A DNA stretch of 63,722 bases, filler included, from Diploschistes diacapsis (GCA_023645945.1; 12 parts of 12 records of this genome joined end to end with filler, not necessarily neighbours in it); one strand, 5' to 3'. Counted from the whole stretch's first letter, positions 26,581 through 39,487 are shown. The notes: generated by a model from the letters alone, not told the origin. Program-made: numbers and translations.

Positions 26581-26680
26581 GCTCTACCTTCTTCTCCTGC
26601 TTGTACTCCTCTTCTAAACGAGACCAAACCCACCTTAATCAATACCTCGTGTCTACATTGTAGAGATAGAGATCATAACA
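26581..26680 (-). mobile_element. LTR fragment, same family as 25819-25915
   Basis: Reverse complement TGTTATGATCTCTATCTCTACAATG..AAGGTGGGTTTGGTCTC..TAGAAGAGGAGT matches 25819-25915. It abuts the truncated Copia element. Confidence 0.6.
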
Positions 26681-26689
26681 CTAGTAACC

Positions 26690-28326
26690 TATTGAAATAA
26701 ATATGGTAATAATATTCATCCAGAATGGTTTTCGCGCCTTTTTCGCGTATGGCGGTAGTAGAGATAAGGTTTATCCCTAAATCCGGCGCGTATTTGTAAT
26801 TTGTCAGCCGAAGGATCTTATTGGTGGATTTAATTCGAAATTTGACTATTCCGACACTTAGGATGTTAATTTACGCTATTATTTCTTATCGTAGGGCTGA
26901 ATCACATGACTCGAATGATTTAAAAGCTGATAAATCCGAACATATATGCGAGGTTACTGCCGAATCGAGAATCCAATCCGTTTTTTGGTCGAAAGAGGCA
27001 TAATTAATTTCCGAATTAAACGTATTAGTCTCTAAGGAAACTAACGTGCTTTCCGAATCCGGCCTCGCTTTTTTTACTTTTTTCTTTTCGAGGTGTTTTG
27101 CCCAGCAGTTTGATTCTTTGTGTCCTAGCTTTTTACAATAGTTGCATTATGGCCTTTCCTTTTTAGGCCTAGCGCTTGTCGGTGTTCGGCTATTTATAGC
27201 CATCTCGCTATCGATATTATCCCCCTTTTTTGATTTCAGCCGCAATAATTCGTCGATTAATTACGAAAATATCGTATTTAGGTCGATATCCGGAGAATTA
27301 TTGTTCCGAATCTACTGAATAATTATAGTTATTATATCTTCATAATCTTCGATTAAATTATTTAGGGCCCAGGCAGTTATAATCTTATTCGGAATAATGA
27401 TATTCCGTACCGCTAAATCGTCCGTTAATTGCTTGATTTGGTTAATATATACCTCGATCTTTCCCTTTTTAGTAAACGTTGTTTCGAACAACTACTTATA
27501 TAATAAGAACTCCGAGCTAAACCCCTTTAATTCATAAAGGGTTTTCAGGGTTTCCTATGCCTTATTCGGATCATTAATGTTCCGAATCTATAGTAGGGGT
27601 CTATCTTCAAGAGCTAACCGGATATAGGCTAGCGCCTTTTTTAATTTGGTGCTTTACTCGATCATTTCCTCGGAAATCGAAAATGCCGGTGGAATATTAG
27701 TAGTTATTACGTCGTAATAACCTTTTTCGATTAATACGGCCTCCATACGCATTGACAAAATATTCCAATTTTCGCTACCGCGTAGCCTAGGGATTTTTAT
27801 CACTGAGTCGCCCATTTTTTCCGAATCGGGTATAGTCGATTCCCTCTTTGGGCCTAGTCGCTTTATTTAATTGGATTTTATCTAATTAAATTTCAGGTAG
27901 TTGATCTCGCTGTCGAATTCTTCGTAGTCCAGTTGTTTAATTATGTAGTCGCGTATTCCGGGCTCATAACCTGTTGAAAGGGGTGGAAGTTCTTAATAGA
28001 TAACAGGTGACAAAGAATTTATTCAGCAGCTAGTTTTAACTAAAATATATTTTTAGCCTGCCTAGCCTAATAGCTGACTATTGGTTAATAATAATATATT
28101 AAAGAGGTTGAAGGTTATAATTATGAACGATGGAGGGTAAGAGGCCTTTTATAGGTACATTTCACGCTAATATGATTAATAATAATCTAATCTAGAATAT
28201 TCCTTATCCTTCTAAATCATTCCATGCATTAGTAAGCCGAATATTCTATTATCTTCCAGAATATTCGAACATGCTAGAGAGCTTAATAAGTAATCTGACT
28301 AACCTATTTAGGTTAGTATTCTGACA
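26690..28326 (-). mobile_element. Ty1/Copia LTR retrotransposon 5' part (LTR, PBS, gag, protease), RIP-degraded
   Basis: LTR TGTCAG..TTTCAACA (28326-27972) followed by GGTTATGAGCCC, the typical fungal Copia PBS. Gag MGDSVIKIPRLRGSENWNILSMRMEAVLIEKG from 27815; zinc knuckle CNYCKKLGHKESNC; protease WILDSAVTSHIC; YAPDLGINLIS. Scattered stop codons. Confidence 0.92.
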
Positions 28327-28642
28327 AATATTTTTTTAAAACATTAAAAAAAACTTTTTTATTTTTGATTACGTAATAAGAATGATTGGCTTCTTTATCT
28401 TTGCCGGTTTCGCCGGTTTCGCCAGTTTCGCCAGAAATTTTTTTGAGCTTGAAAAACTTTTCGTGATGAACTCGTTCTACGATAATTGGTATCTCTTTTT
28501 CAACAATTTCGTCCTCGAAATTAATAAAATTCGATCCCTTCCCATAAAATGCTTTAAAGGGGTTTATTTTTTATTCGAATGCTTGTTAGAATTATACGCA
28601 AATTCTACAGCCAGTAATAATTCAGATTAATTATCCTGTTAT

Positions 28643-28775
28643 TGTCACGGGTCCGGCATGTGGTCCTGATAGGTTTTAGATAGGCTTGGCGTTGCTTGGG
28701 CCAAGAGGCCATAGTCTGTTGGAGGGGCTCATCCTCCTTCATCAATCAATCATGATCCATCGTGTCCCCCTTACA
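28643..28775 (+). mobile_element. Probable short LTR (133 bp, TGTCAC...TTACA)
   Basis: GC-richer island in AT-rich DNA with TG..CA ends, followed by GTGGTAGCA (PBS-like). No TSD and no second copy in the window. Confidence 0.4.
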
Positions 28776-28994
28776 GTGGTAGCAACGTTTTAGTTGTCGA
28801 TCCTTTGTCATTCCGGATTGAGCACCAGATTGCTTGGAATATTCCCTTTGAGCAAAAGATGCTTTTAATGCTTTTGCAGTAAGATTAGACTTATTAACAT
28901 TCATCAACCTCCCACTAAGCTTCTTTCGTAATTTTTCTATTATAACCAGAGCTTTTGGCCATCATTAAAACATCCTTTTACTTTATCTTTAACA

Positions 28995-29363
28995 TAGGCT
29001 GGCCGTTTCGTGCCACTGACACTGACACGGACACCGTAGCAAAAAATTTCTCGGCACGGACATTAACATAGACACTACACTATAATAAAAGTACGGACAT
29101 GGACACCGCAGTAAAAAATTTTAAAACACGGATATTAATACGGATATTATATTATAATAAAAGCACGGACACGGATATCGCAGCAAAAAATTTTAAAACA
29201 CGGATATTAATACGGATATTATAATTAAAAATAATATTACCGAAATACCGTAATATAATTTTTTTTAAAAAAAAAACGTAAGAAATAAACGTAATAATTC
29301 TAAAATTATTAAAACAAAAAAAATGATTTAAAAATGTTTAGATAAATATACGGATACGGATAT
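28995..29363 (+). mobile_element. hAT-like DNA transposon end with subterminal ACACGG repeats
   Basis: Starts TAGGCTGGCCGT, followed by reiterated (G)ACACGG / CACGGATAT motifs. The same terminus occurs at 36508 (minus) and 53338. Confidence 0.65.
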
Positions 29364-29463
29364 NNNNNNNNNNNNNNNNNNNNNNNNNNNNNNNNNNNNN
29401 NNNNNNNTTAATTAATTAANNNNNNNNNNNNNNNNNNNNNNNNNNNNNNNNNNNNNNNNNNNN

Positions 29464-32400
29464 TAATTAATTTAAATAACATAATTATCGATATAATTTC
29501 TTCGGAATATCCGTTAAGTAATACTAACCGCTAATCTGTTCGCTTTAATCAACGATCGCGATTCCCCGAATTAATTCTAATTTCAATTCTCTCGACGACG
29601 TTGGTTGATATAATTCAACGTATTTATTTAGTACCGCTGTATTACAGCCCACGTTTAACAAGATATATACCTTTTTTAATATTAAATACGTCTATATCGT
29701 TACGATATTCGTTTTCAAATTTAAATCAATTTTTTATGTTATTACCGTCGATTTAAATATGTTAATCGTTAATCGTATCGTTATCGATATCGACGACGCG
29801 GCTTTATTCTTAAACGGCTTAATTATATTAAACGTTTATATTTCGATATATAAACGTATATTATATAACGATATAATAACCAACACGTTTGATCTAACGG
29901 CCGTGATCGGGTCTTTATTTAACGGAACTTTTATAGACCGCGTAACTTAACGATAATGAGATTTACTACATTATCTTCACCGCTCGACTACTAATAGACA
30001 AGATATTTCTAAATTAATCTTTCGTTCGGTGTCATCATTATCTTTGTAATCTTGTTCTTCTTTCCCAACCGACGCAGTTATTAGACCGCCGGTTTATTGC
30101 GTGAAAAGCTGGCTCAGTTGGACCTACCTGGATTAGCTATGTTTGTATTTAGTATCATTTGTCTATTCTTAACTTTATAATAGGGTGACTCGACGTACCC
30201 GTGGTCTGATTTTCGTGTCTGGAGCTGCCTTTTGGGATTTAGATTTTTGTTTATTGTTTTTATCGGATTATAAATTTATCGGAGCGATCGGTAGGTTTTT
30301 CTTTCTTTAATAATTAAATTAATTATTTATTAGTTATACGTCCATTTATCTTTTTTCTATCGACCCTATTGTACATTTAACGCGCGAACTTTTTTTTTTT
30401 TTTTTATCCTTCCTTTATTCTGTATGCCCGAGTTAATTCTTTTTTTTATCGGGTAACGCAATTATATCTTTCCGTATTATTATTTAACGTATCGTTTTCT
30501 TCGTTTATACGGCCTTTTTTTTCTTTATTATAATTATTTATATTTATTTTTATTATTTTTCGTTTTATTTTTAAGCCGTATAAATTTTATTCGTTTCCGT
30601 ATCCGGCGTGCGTATTTTATTGTATATTGTTTTTTTTATTATTTTCGTTATTATCGCCGGTATCGTTATTTTTTCGTTCGGTTATTTGAACTTCTTTTTC
30701 CTCTTCGGCGTCGTTATCCTAACCGTCGGCGCCGGGTTGCTTTTTTCGCTAAAATCGTTCACGCCGACCGCAACTTAAGTCGATTATTAGTTCCTTACCG
30801 GCGCCGGCGCCGGTATGGTTTTATAAACGTTTTTTATATAAATCTAAACCGCGCTACCGATAATCGATTTGGCCATCGATAACGTTATAGCGGGATTCTT
30901 TAATACTTTGGGCGCCGTTATCGCCGTGTTCGTTACCGATAATCTATTCGCGTAACGCCTGGTCGAGAAATTGACGTAGGACGTGCCCGACGTGGATTTC
31001 TAGACGGTACTCGCGGCGGGCGCGACGGGCGTTATCGACGTAATACCGAAGAATTTATTAGCCGCGGTATTATAGGTTTATAACGATACCGTGATAAAGG
31101 CGTTTATCTTCGGCATTACGGCGGTCGGCGTCGGGTTTTTACTCGGTTAGGACGTCGAGTGGAGGAACATTAAAGAAAAGCCGGTGTAGGTCGGCGAAGG
31201 CGTTATAATCGAAGAAGGGTAGGGAGGCGATTCGTCGGCTTTATACAAAGCTTAACATCTATAGGGATCCGGAGGTCGTTATGGAAGGAAAAGCATTAGT
31301 AGAAGATTGTTATGGCTTTCGCGGTGCTTAGTGAAAATTATTTATATATTATTTTCTCGTATATAATCATTTTTTTTCGAGTAGTATGTGTGCCCGAATA
31401 TAATATTTTAGTTAGTTAAACGTAAGTATTGAATAGATTAATCGATAAATTAATAAAAAAGAATTATTGAATATAATGCGAAATATTGGATTAATCCTTT
31501 CGTTCCTCGGAGCATAATAATAGAAATTTAATAGAAAGTTTTAGCGATGTTTTAGGTAAGCGTTAGGTTTCACGGGAACCGTAATGATCGATATGATATA
31601 ATTTAAAAATTTATCGAATTAATTATTAAGCTATAAATCTAAAATTTAACGTCGTATTTATAGTTTATGTTCGGGTTTTAATTTAATCTTTCGTTTCTTA
31701 TCCTTTTATCTTGTATGTTTAATTTATTCCTTCTTCAGCTCTCTTTCTTGTCTTTTCGCTTTCCACGCGTTATAAAACCGGGACTAAATCTAGTAGACAC
31801 GATTCTGTCGAATTACCTAGTTATTTCTATTTACTTTCCTTTATTATCCGGCTTTTAACCTCCTTTTCGCAGCCTCGGCGACCAACCGATTCTTATTTAT
31901 TACCCGCTCGCCCAGCTTTTTTAAGCTACTCGTTTATATAATCTCGAAGATGTTTATTTGCGTTTTGAAATCCTGCGTCAGTTAGTTCCGTAGTTTTATC
32001 GTTACGAGATTGTTTAGGCCTAGTTTCGCTAGTCGCACGCCGCGGTTTATCGCCGCGGGGCCCGGTAATCCGAACATCTCGGTCATTTTAATGGTTAACG
32101 CGTTTATAACCGCCGCGCGCGTTGTTTCGAACGTCGTTACCGCGTCGATTTACGTCTGTACGTTATTATACGTCGTTGTCTCGTTACGATCGCCGCGACC
32201 GTTATCGCCGGTATCCGACGGGTCGGCCGCTTCTTATCGCAGGCCCGCAAGTCGGGTATCGTTGCGTTAAAGCGCGGAGGGCCACGCGGCGCCCGGGTTT
32301 AAGGGGATCCCGATTAGAATTTAAATATCGGCGGGAACGCGATAGGGCTAAACGATAGCGATTTCGATAAAATCGAGAATTTCGTGGTTTTCGACGAAAA

Positions 32401-32810
32401 TATAATCGATCTTAAATAACCGTTCGGCGACGTTAATAGTTTAAATTACGTAATCGACGGAACGCAGTATATCGAAATCGAGGACGACGGCGGAAAGATC
32501 TTACGCGGTACGATGACGCGCGAGCGCGTTTTAAAAGGTGTTATCGGCGACGTAATTTATTTAAAAGACGTTATCGAGGATATCGGCGAAAAAGGAAAGA
32601 AGGATAAAAAAGTCGAGATCGGCGCCGAGAACGGCGTAAAGATTTTAAAATTTTATTATTTTAAGAATAAGAACGTGTTAGTAAGCTTTAAGGGACATAG
32701 ACTCGAAAACGAAATCCTATAAAAAAAAAAAAAAATAAGGTTAATAATAATAGATATCGGAAGCGAGAGAAATGTTTAAGAATGTAATTAAAGATTAGAA
32801 AGATTTTTTA
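29464..32810. repeat. Heavily RIP-mutated AT-rich sequence with unidentifiable coding remnants
   Basis: TpA-rich, CpA/TpG-poor, CpG retained. A stop-interrupted S/T/P-rich frame lies on the minus strand at about 30650-31250. Confidence 0.7.
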
Positions 32811-33318
32811 NNNNNNNNNNNNNNNNNNNNNNNNNNNNNNNNNNNNNNNNNNNNTTAATTAATTAANNNNNNNNNNNNNNNNNNNNNNNNNNNNNNNNNN
32901 NNNNNNNNNNGCCTAGAGCCACGCCCTCCCCACATCCAGCGGTCGCTCCTATTAAGGTTAGCCCAAGCCTAACCTACCCAATCAGCCCAGATTCATCGCC
33001 AACCATCTCCTCCTCTAACACACAAAGTCCGTCGGAAAAAATTAGTGCTTCCGTGAATCCTAGCAGCCAGGAAGGAAACGCTTCCAACTAATCCCTCTGC
33101 TCTTTCTCTCTCGTCAAGAATGGGCGCTCGTATGCTTGCTTGCTTGCTTCCTTGCATATTTTTTCCCGCGTAGGAGGTTTGTAAGTAGTTAGGTAGGTAG
33201 GGCGAGGCGAGAAGAAACGACTCGATTTATCTGGGAAAGAGGTGGGTTACGTATATGACGAAGATTCCTCCCTATCCTCTTCAATCCGATCGGATCCGGT
33301 GGTTTTTTTTAAGCCAAA

Positions 33319-34887
33319 TCAATCTCCCTTTCCAGGCTGCGGCGCTCCGCCCTCGCTTGTCGAATTCCAATCCCAAATAAAATCATTATGCGCGTCGCCA
33401 TCACCATCCAGGCTTGCATGCTCTCCACTTCCTGGCTGATGAGGCCCCTCCCTATATTCCCTAGAGACGGAAGTCGCGCTAGGATATACTTGACCACCCG
33501 TAGCAGCAGCCGCGGCTACACCATCCTTGCCCTCCTCCATGTGTATATACCGGCTACTAGCACCCCGCCCGCTTCTATGCCAATGCCCAACCCCGCCACC
33601 CCCACGCGGCCCGCCTGTCCTCCGGCCACCGCTCAAGCGCGACCCGGACGCAGACCCGGACGCTGTGTTCCTGCCACCGCTCCCGCGCGAGGCGAAGCGG
33701 CGGGGCAGCAGGCGCTCCAGGACGGGCCGGCAGACGAGCGCGCAGGAGACGGCGATGGAGGTGCCCGGTTCGGTCTGGGTCCAGATGACGAGAGGGCCCA
33801 TGTCGTAAGGGTCATTGATGTTGTTGGACTTGATGAAGGTCGAGATGCGGACGAAAGAGGTTATTGTCGTGCTGTCGATATGGGAGAAATAGAGGGTTAG
33901 ATATAGAACAGATATTGTATGTATGAAGGCAGATCGGAAGACTGCGTACGTGAACGCAAGGGGAATATGGTGGTAAGGATGGTGGAGGTGTTTTGAACTT
34001 ACATTGCTCCGAGGCCAAAGAGGCCGTAGAGGACCTTGCGCTCAGTGCTCGTTATCTGCAGCTTCTTAATAATGGGTATTGGTAGCACGAGGATGGCGAT
34101 GTCAACCAGCACGTCAAGAACACCGACGATGACGATGAGCGGGAATTCGGCGCTGCACTGGCCACCGTGGATGCCCTTGTCCCAAGCGTAGGCAATCGGT
34201 CGGCATGGAGCCCAGGGCGTGAGAACGGCGAGAGCGCCCCAGACGGTTGTGAAAGCGATGGTGGTATAGGCAACGATCCTTGGGGAATGTCAAGATATGC
34301 ATTTGGATCTTCGGCAATGTGGTTACTCACATGAACTGTCTGACTACAAAAACTCGGACGTAGATGAGGCAGAAGCTTATCTTGGTCAAGGTCATGATGA
34401 CTCCGTAGGTTATACCGGTGGCGACGAGCATCTTCAACGGATTTTAGTTTCTATATGGTAATCCAGCTTCCCGTCTCACCTTGTAGAAAAAGACGGCATT
34501 TGAAGGTTGTATTGTGCTATCCAATTCACCAGCGCCGCCATACCCGACCTCTGCAGACAAATTTAGTATTGGAAACAGGTGGAGGGTGGAGGAGTGGAAA
34601 CATACGCAAGCACGCCATTGTAAAATGGCCGATGTTGATGACCTGAGCATGCCAATGAGTGCTCGCCCCCTAACGTTGCTTCCTCGAGAGAGACAAACAT
34701 AAGCAACAAAAACCAAGTAATCTTCCGCGCCAAACGGCCTCCGCCGTAGTCGTATGGCCCACGCCCGCAGCAACACGGCCAGAGTCGATATAACGAGAAC
34801 AATGGCCGGAAAAACGGCGATGGACACTCCCACGGCGTTCGTTACGGCCGTTGGCGGAGCCGGTGGCCCTCGAGTTTGGATCACCAT
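33319..34887 (-). CDS. PTH11-like integral membrane receptor (fungal rhodopsin-domain family, no CFEM domain), spliced
   Basis: TM1 ..LAVLLRAWAIR..FGAEDYL; TLTKISFCLIYVRVF; CRPIAYAWDK..GQC; DVLVDIAILVLPIPIIKKLQ; IWTQTEPGTSIAVSC; G/S/R-rich tail. Confidence 0.88.
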
Positions 34888-35768
34888 GGTTCTGATAGTG
34901 AGAATAGAGACGAAGGTGCGTTGAGAGTTCGATGGCGTTTAGGCCAATATGAAGGGATTGCTTGTGCGGCAGCGAGGCCAGAACTGGATAATGGACAACA
35001 GAGTATGATGCCTATTGCATATTTGGGTGTGCAATGTCGTAGGGAGTGCATATTGTCTGGTAAGCAATCAGTAAGATTCCACAAAGGAGTCGCTCGTCGT
35101 TGCAACGAATCAAAGGGGAAATGAGGCTGCGCTGTGTGAAGGGAAAAAGATCTAGGCACAGTAACAGGCGTACATATCTAGTGAGACGAACACGCTGTGA
35201 GGTGTCGGATTGGTAGACAGCCACTCTAGATACGAATATTGTTGATGATTCATGACTTTGTCTTGTTGCACTCGGGAAGAATGTGACTCGAGCATACCAC
35301 CAATATCGAATTCGCCCAATGCTCTCGCATCAACGCCGCAGGCTGTGGCTAACTCATGGACGAAAGAGTTTGAGATGGGATCACGCTTACAACATACTTA
35401 CCAAGAACTTTAAATGCGATCATCGCCACCAGTGCCAGACGTTGATGCATGCGACACGTGTGGCCTCTACTACATCACCCCCTCTTCCCAATGGTCAATG
35501 TTCTCCCCATACCTACTGCATAAGCAATTATCGATCCAAAGGAAGTTGTTAGATGATGGTGTATAGATTACACAAAGGATGATAGGTCTCCTCGATTGCC
35601 ACAGTAGCCACAATCGTGCCTACCGGTGTCGTGAAGACTTCCACCAGCCCTGATAAGAATGAGTTAGGAGAGTGACTGTGACATACGCGTCATGGTATCA
35701 AAAGATCATGGGTTTAAAAAAAGTTTTGGAAAGATGATATGCACACTACCTACGCAGAACAGAGCACT

Positions 35769-35878
35769 TGTGGTTTCGCTATATATATCAGTTTAGTTCA
35801 ATACTGGCAGAATCCAGTATTGTTGGTCTTTTGGCTATGTGGCCTAGCGGTACTAAACTGGCGCTTTGTAATATCACA
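35769..35878. mobile_element. 110-bp TG..CA element, copy 2, TSD CACT
   Basis: Differs from 25223-25332 by one visible substitution. CACT flanks both sides. Confidence 0.85.
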
Positions 35879-36073
35879 CACTCCTCAACCGCCATATCCA
35901 GGCATAATCATGTCTGTTTCTCAATCCCCCAACGACTGAGTAATGCCAGCACAAACCTCGGAACGCCACCCGCTCATTCCAATAATCCCGCCATAAGGCA
36001 TCAAGCACCATACCCAATGTTCCGTACTCCATATTTCAAAGCTCCAGACTCCATTCCCCTTACTTTATACTCC

Positions 36074-36160
36074 ATGCTCCATGCTCCATGCTCCATGCTA
36101 CATCCTCATTCCTCATTCCTCATTCCTGATTCCTCATTCCTCATTCCTCATTCCTCCATA
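36074..36160 (+). repeat. Compound 7-mer microsatellite (CATGCTC)n then (TCATTCC)n
   Basis: Tandem 7-bp units visible near the contig end. Confidence 0.8.
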
Positions 36161-36354
36161 CCCAATACTCACCATTCCAACCACCAGTAGCCAAAAAAAC
36201 CCCACTAAATCACCATACACTTCCCCATCCACCCCCTCCTCCCCACATCACTCANNNNNNNNNNNNNNNNNNNNNNNNNNNNNNNNNNNNNNNNNNNNTT
36301 AATTAATTAANNNNNNNNNNNNNNNNNNNNNNNNNNNNNNNNNNNNNNNNNNNN

Positions 36355-36508
36355 TAATATCCGTGTTCGTACTTATATTATAATATAATATCCGTATTAG
36401 TATCCGTGTTTTAAAATTTTAATTATAGTGTCCGTGTTAGTGTCCGTGTTTAAAAATTTTTTGTTATAGTGTCCGTGTCAGTAACCGTGGCACGAAACGG
36501 CCAGCCTA
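36355..36508 (-). mobile_element. hAT-like transposon end (same family as 28995)
   Basis: Ends GGCACGAAACGGCCAGCCTA, the reverse complement of TAGGCTGGCCGTTTCGTGCC, with CCGTGT repeats internal. Confidence 0.65.
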
Positions 36509-36760
36509 ATTAGGACTTCTACTACTTTCAACAATAGGCGACGAAGGGAAGCATAATGGGCGGAAAAGGAGCACGGTATAAAGAAAGTTATAAAAAGTTG
36601 AAGAGCACGCTTTTAAGCTGCTTTAAAAGTACTTTAAACATCTTTTAGTACTTTAATATCTATTTTTTGATTACGATATAGTCTCTATGACCATAATAAT
36701 AATAATAAAATTTTATTTATTTTATATTTAATTCTATATAGTTCTGCGTATTTCTTTAAG

Positions 36761-36889
36761 TGACACGCATTTGTATACAAATTATATAGAGATCTAGGTA
36801 CCTGGCAGAGCCACAGCGAAATAAGCAGAATGCATCACTAGGGCGCCACTAAATATGTTACACAATTTTACCGTAGGCAGAATAAGACA
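36761..36889. repeat. ~129-bp solo-LTR-like repeat, copy 2
   Basis: TG...CA ends; homologous to positions 1-128. No TSD visible. Confidence 0.75.
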
Positions 36890-37046
36890 TGCCATGATGT
36901 GGCGTCGTATTAAACGGCGCTAACCTTTAACGCTGGGGGGCTTACTTCGTGTGTTGCATCTTCTGTTTCCAAAAATTTCCTGCCCTTTTCTGATCTCTTA
37001 TAAAATTCTACCGTTATCTTTTGCTCGTACACAGAAGGCGGGAATA

Positions 37047-37961
37047 ATGCTTTCGAAATTTAGTATCCCGGAGGAGAGCGAAGCCCTAGACAAGACAATC
37101 CTAGGCCTTCTTGCGCAAGCAGAAGTTCATGAGGGGATTGCTGTCACCGAGGCAAGTGTTCTGCTACCAAGGTGATTGCTACCATCAGAATTCCCAGCTT
37201 CAAAACTTAAACGAACAGACATTCAAACGCCAAAGATTCGGGAACTCAAAAGAGACAGTTCACCTCAGGGCATAAGCATGAGCTTATGAAAGACAAACAG
37301 ATTTTCGATCAAGATTCTATCATTGTCGACCAGCACATTCGGAAATTCCCCCATCTTGCGCTGTTTAAGCGAGGGAAGAAGAAGGTTTGTCATCTCTAAA
37401 ATAGGTTCTATCATTTTAGGCAATGAGGAAAACCATTCACATTTGCAGCTTGATGCAGAGACCTAGAACCCGTATTGGGCGCTTTTCTGCAGCCATGAGA
37501 GGAATTATCATGGACATAGTTACTCTGAGTCTTTCACGTATACTTTTGCTTCATTCAGCACGACCTTTAGAAGACCCGAGCCCTAATAACTGATACAGGC
37601 ATTGCAAACTACCTCCGGGCCTCGATGGTTTGATCTTCCAAGAACACGCGCTACCCTAGAGCTGAAACGTGATCTGCAACTACTACGCATGCGCAACGTT
37701 CTTGATCCAAAAAGGCATTTCAAGAAGGAAGGGAGGAAAACCTTATTCCCAGAATTCTCACATTTGGGCACAATAATCGAAGGACCAACAGAATTTTATA
37801 GCTCACGTGTCAGACGCAAGGAAAGAACAGAGTCCATTGCCACGGGATTACTTGCCGATGACAGGGCTAAAACACTGTTTAGATCAAGATACGCGGATAT
37901 ACAGGCTCTGAAAAGTAAAGTTGAGAAGGCTCGCCACAGGTCGCAGAAAAAAAGACGATGA
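37047..37961 (+). CDS. FCF2: Pre-rRNA processing protein Fcf2 (spliced, with a long intron at about 37385-37599)
   Basis: Fcf2 domain TSGPRWFDLP..ELKRDLQLLRMRNVLDPKRHFKK..LGTIIEGPTEFYSSRVRRKER and a basic tail. The 5' exon structure is approximate. Confidence 0.88.
37418..37532 (+). ncRNA. Intronic box C/D snoRNA, snR63/SNORD46(U46)-like
   Basis: Terminal stem AGGC/GUCU, box C-like AUGAGGA (37423-37429), box D CUGA (37525-37528). The guide CAUAGUUACU is complementary to conserved LSU rRNA AGUAACUAUG. Confidence 0.75.
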
Positions 37962-38001
37962 ACGTGAAGTAAGATATAAAAAATGTACGAGTCATCTTTA
38001 A

Positions 38002-39276
38002 TTAGACCGCTTGCGTTGGTAGCTGTTCTATCACTAGGGAGACGAGATACTGTGGCGGGATGTTAGAAAACTGATGAACGCATATATGGTCTACCGACGT
38101 ACTTGAATATCATGTGCTGCTTCTTCGCCAGCTTGGAGAACTTCCGCATGGTTTGCTTTCCCTGTTTGGGTCAACCTTTTTAAATCACCATCATCCAGGT
38201 TTGCAACGCTAATATCATAGCCTGCGGGTCCAGTATCGAGTACCGCCTTGTTTGTCACCAAGCTGAGGGCAAGAACGGTCAGACCGCTATGACGTGCCAC
38301 CACAATCTCTGGCACGGTAGACATCCCAACAAGATCGGCTCCTAGTTGCCGCAATAGACGACATTCTGCTCTAGTCTCATAACTGAGGCGCATAAGTGAA
38401 TGACCGAGGTTAATCTATCGGTAAGAGGAAATCCTACCTAGGCCCCGCAACAAAAGCATATACTCCCTCATGGATATTTCTCTTACCCATGCTGAGTCCA
38501 GATTCTTTCCAGATACGATGGGTCAGCCTTCTGAGGTTAAGATCGTATGCATCTGAGAGTGCAGTGAACCGGTCGCCGAACTGATCGATATTGGGCCCGC
38601 GGAGAGGATGGATCCCGGCTAGGCCTGCAAAGTTAAGATGCTGGGAAGGACGTCAGCCATTGATTCACTATAAAGGGTTTGTACCCACGTCCGAAAGTAC
38701 AACAATATCCCCAACATTGAAATTCGGATTCAATCCGCCTGCAGCATTAGTGACTATCCCAGCATTGTTAGATTAGCTATTGATGTGTGGCAGAGACCTA
38801 CCGATCAATTGGTGAACTCCAAGCAGCTTCAATACTCGCACCGGAAATACTATGTCATGGATAGAATGGCCTTCGTATAAGCTGATTTCTTGCATTAGCG
38901 CTTTCAGATCAATGGACTTCCATGTGTCTGAAGTACTGACTGCAATCTCCCTATCATTAACACAACCGAGTGACTGGTTCTAGCAAGATGACCAAAAAGT
39001 AGCTTTCCGGCATGACCATGTGCTATCAGGATTTAGATCGAGATATGGACAGGTACAACATTTTTTCTTACCCGTGCTCTGGGGGAAATGGGGAATATCA
39101 CTGTATGGTATCTCTAATCTTAGGTTATCTTGGATCACGTTGCTAAGTGCCCCGAGCCCTGAGCCACAAATCACACCAGTTGAGGGACATCGCAAAGAAT
39201 CCGGGAGCACATTGTAGAGAGCTTGCACAGACTCGATCGCCTTGTAATACGCATCCTTTTCGTTCTGTACCTCCAT
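38002..39276 (-). CDS. PNP1: Purine nucleoside phosphorylase (spliced)
   Basis: [90 protein letters not shown] and ANHAEVL. Confidence 0.95.
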
Positions 39277-39487
39277 ATTTTATAAAGTCAAGAGATCTAC
39301 GGTCAACCAAACTGGTCAAAAGCTTTTTCGTTAGGTCCGTTTCACCGACTCGATTGACCGTATACGTTACATTAATGGCCGACCCCTTGAACGGAATTGT
39401 CCTTCATCATTGATATATGGAGGAAGGCTAGACGATCATAGGATCTATAATAAGAATCCCCACCCTGAAATTTTTGTGCTTACTTTA

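Noticed and set aside
25819..26680. Inverted LTR pair
   Set aside because: The copies are separated by a linker, so their relative orientation is arbitrary.
28995..36508. Apparent 7.5-kb hAT element capturing the PTH11-like gene
   Set aside because: It spans three artificial linkers, and the 8-bp flanks (CTTTAACA vs ATTAGGAC) do not match.
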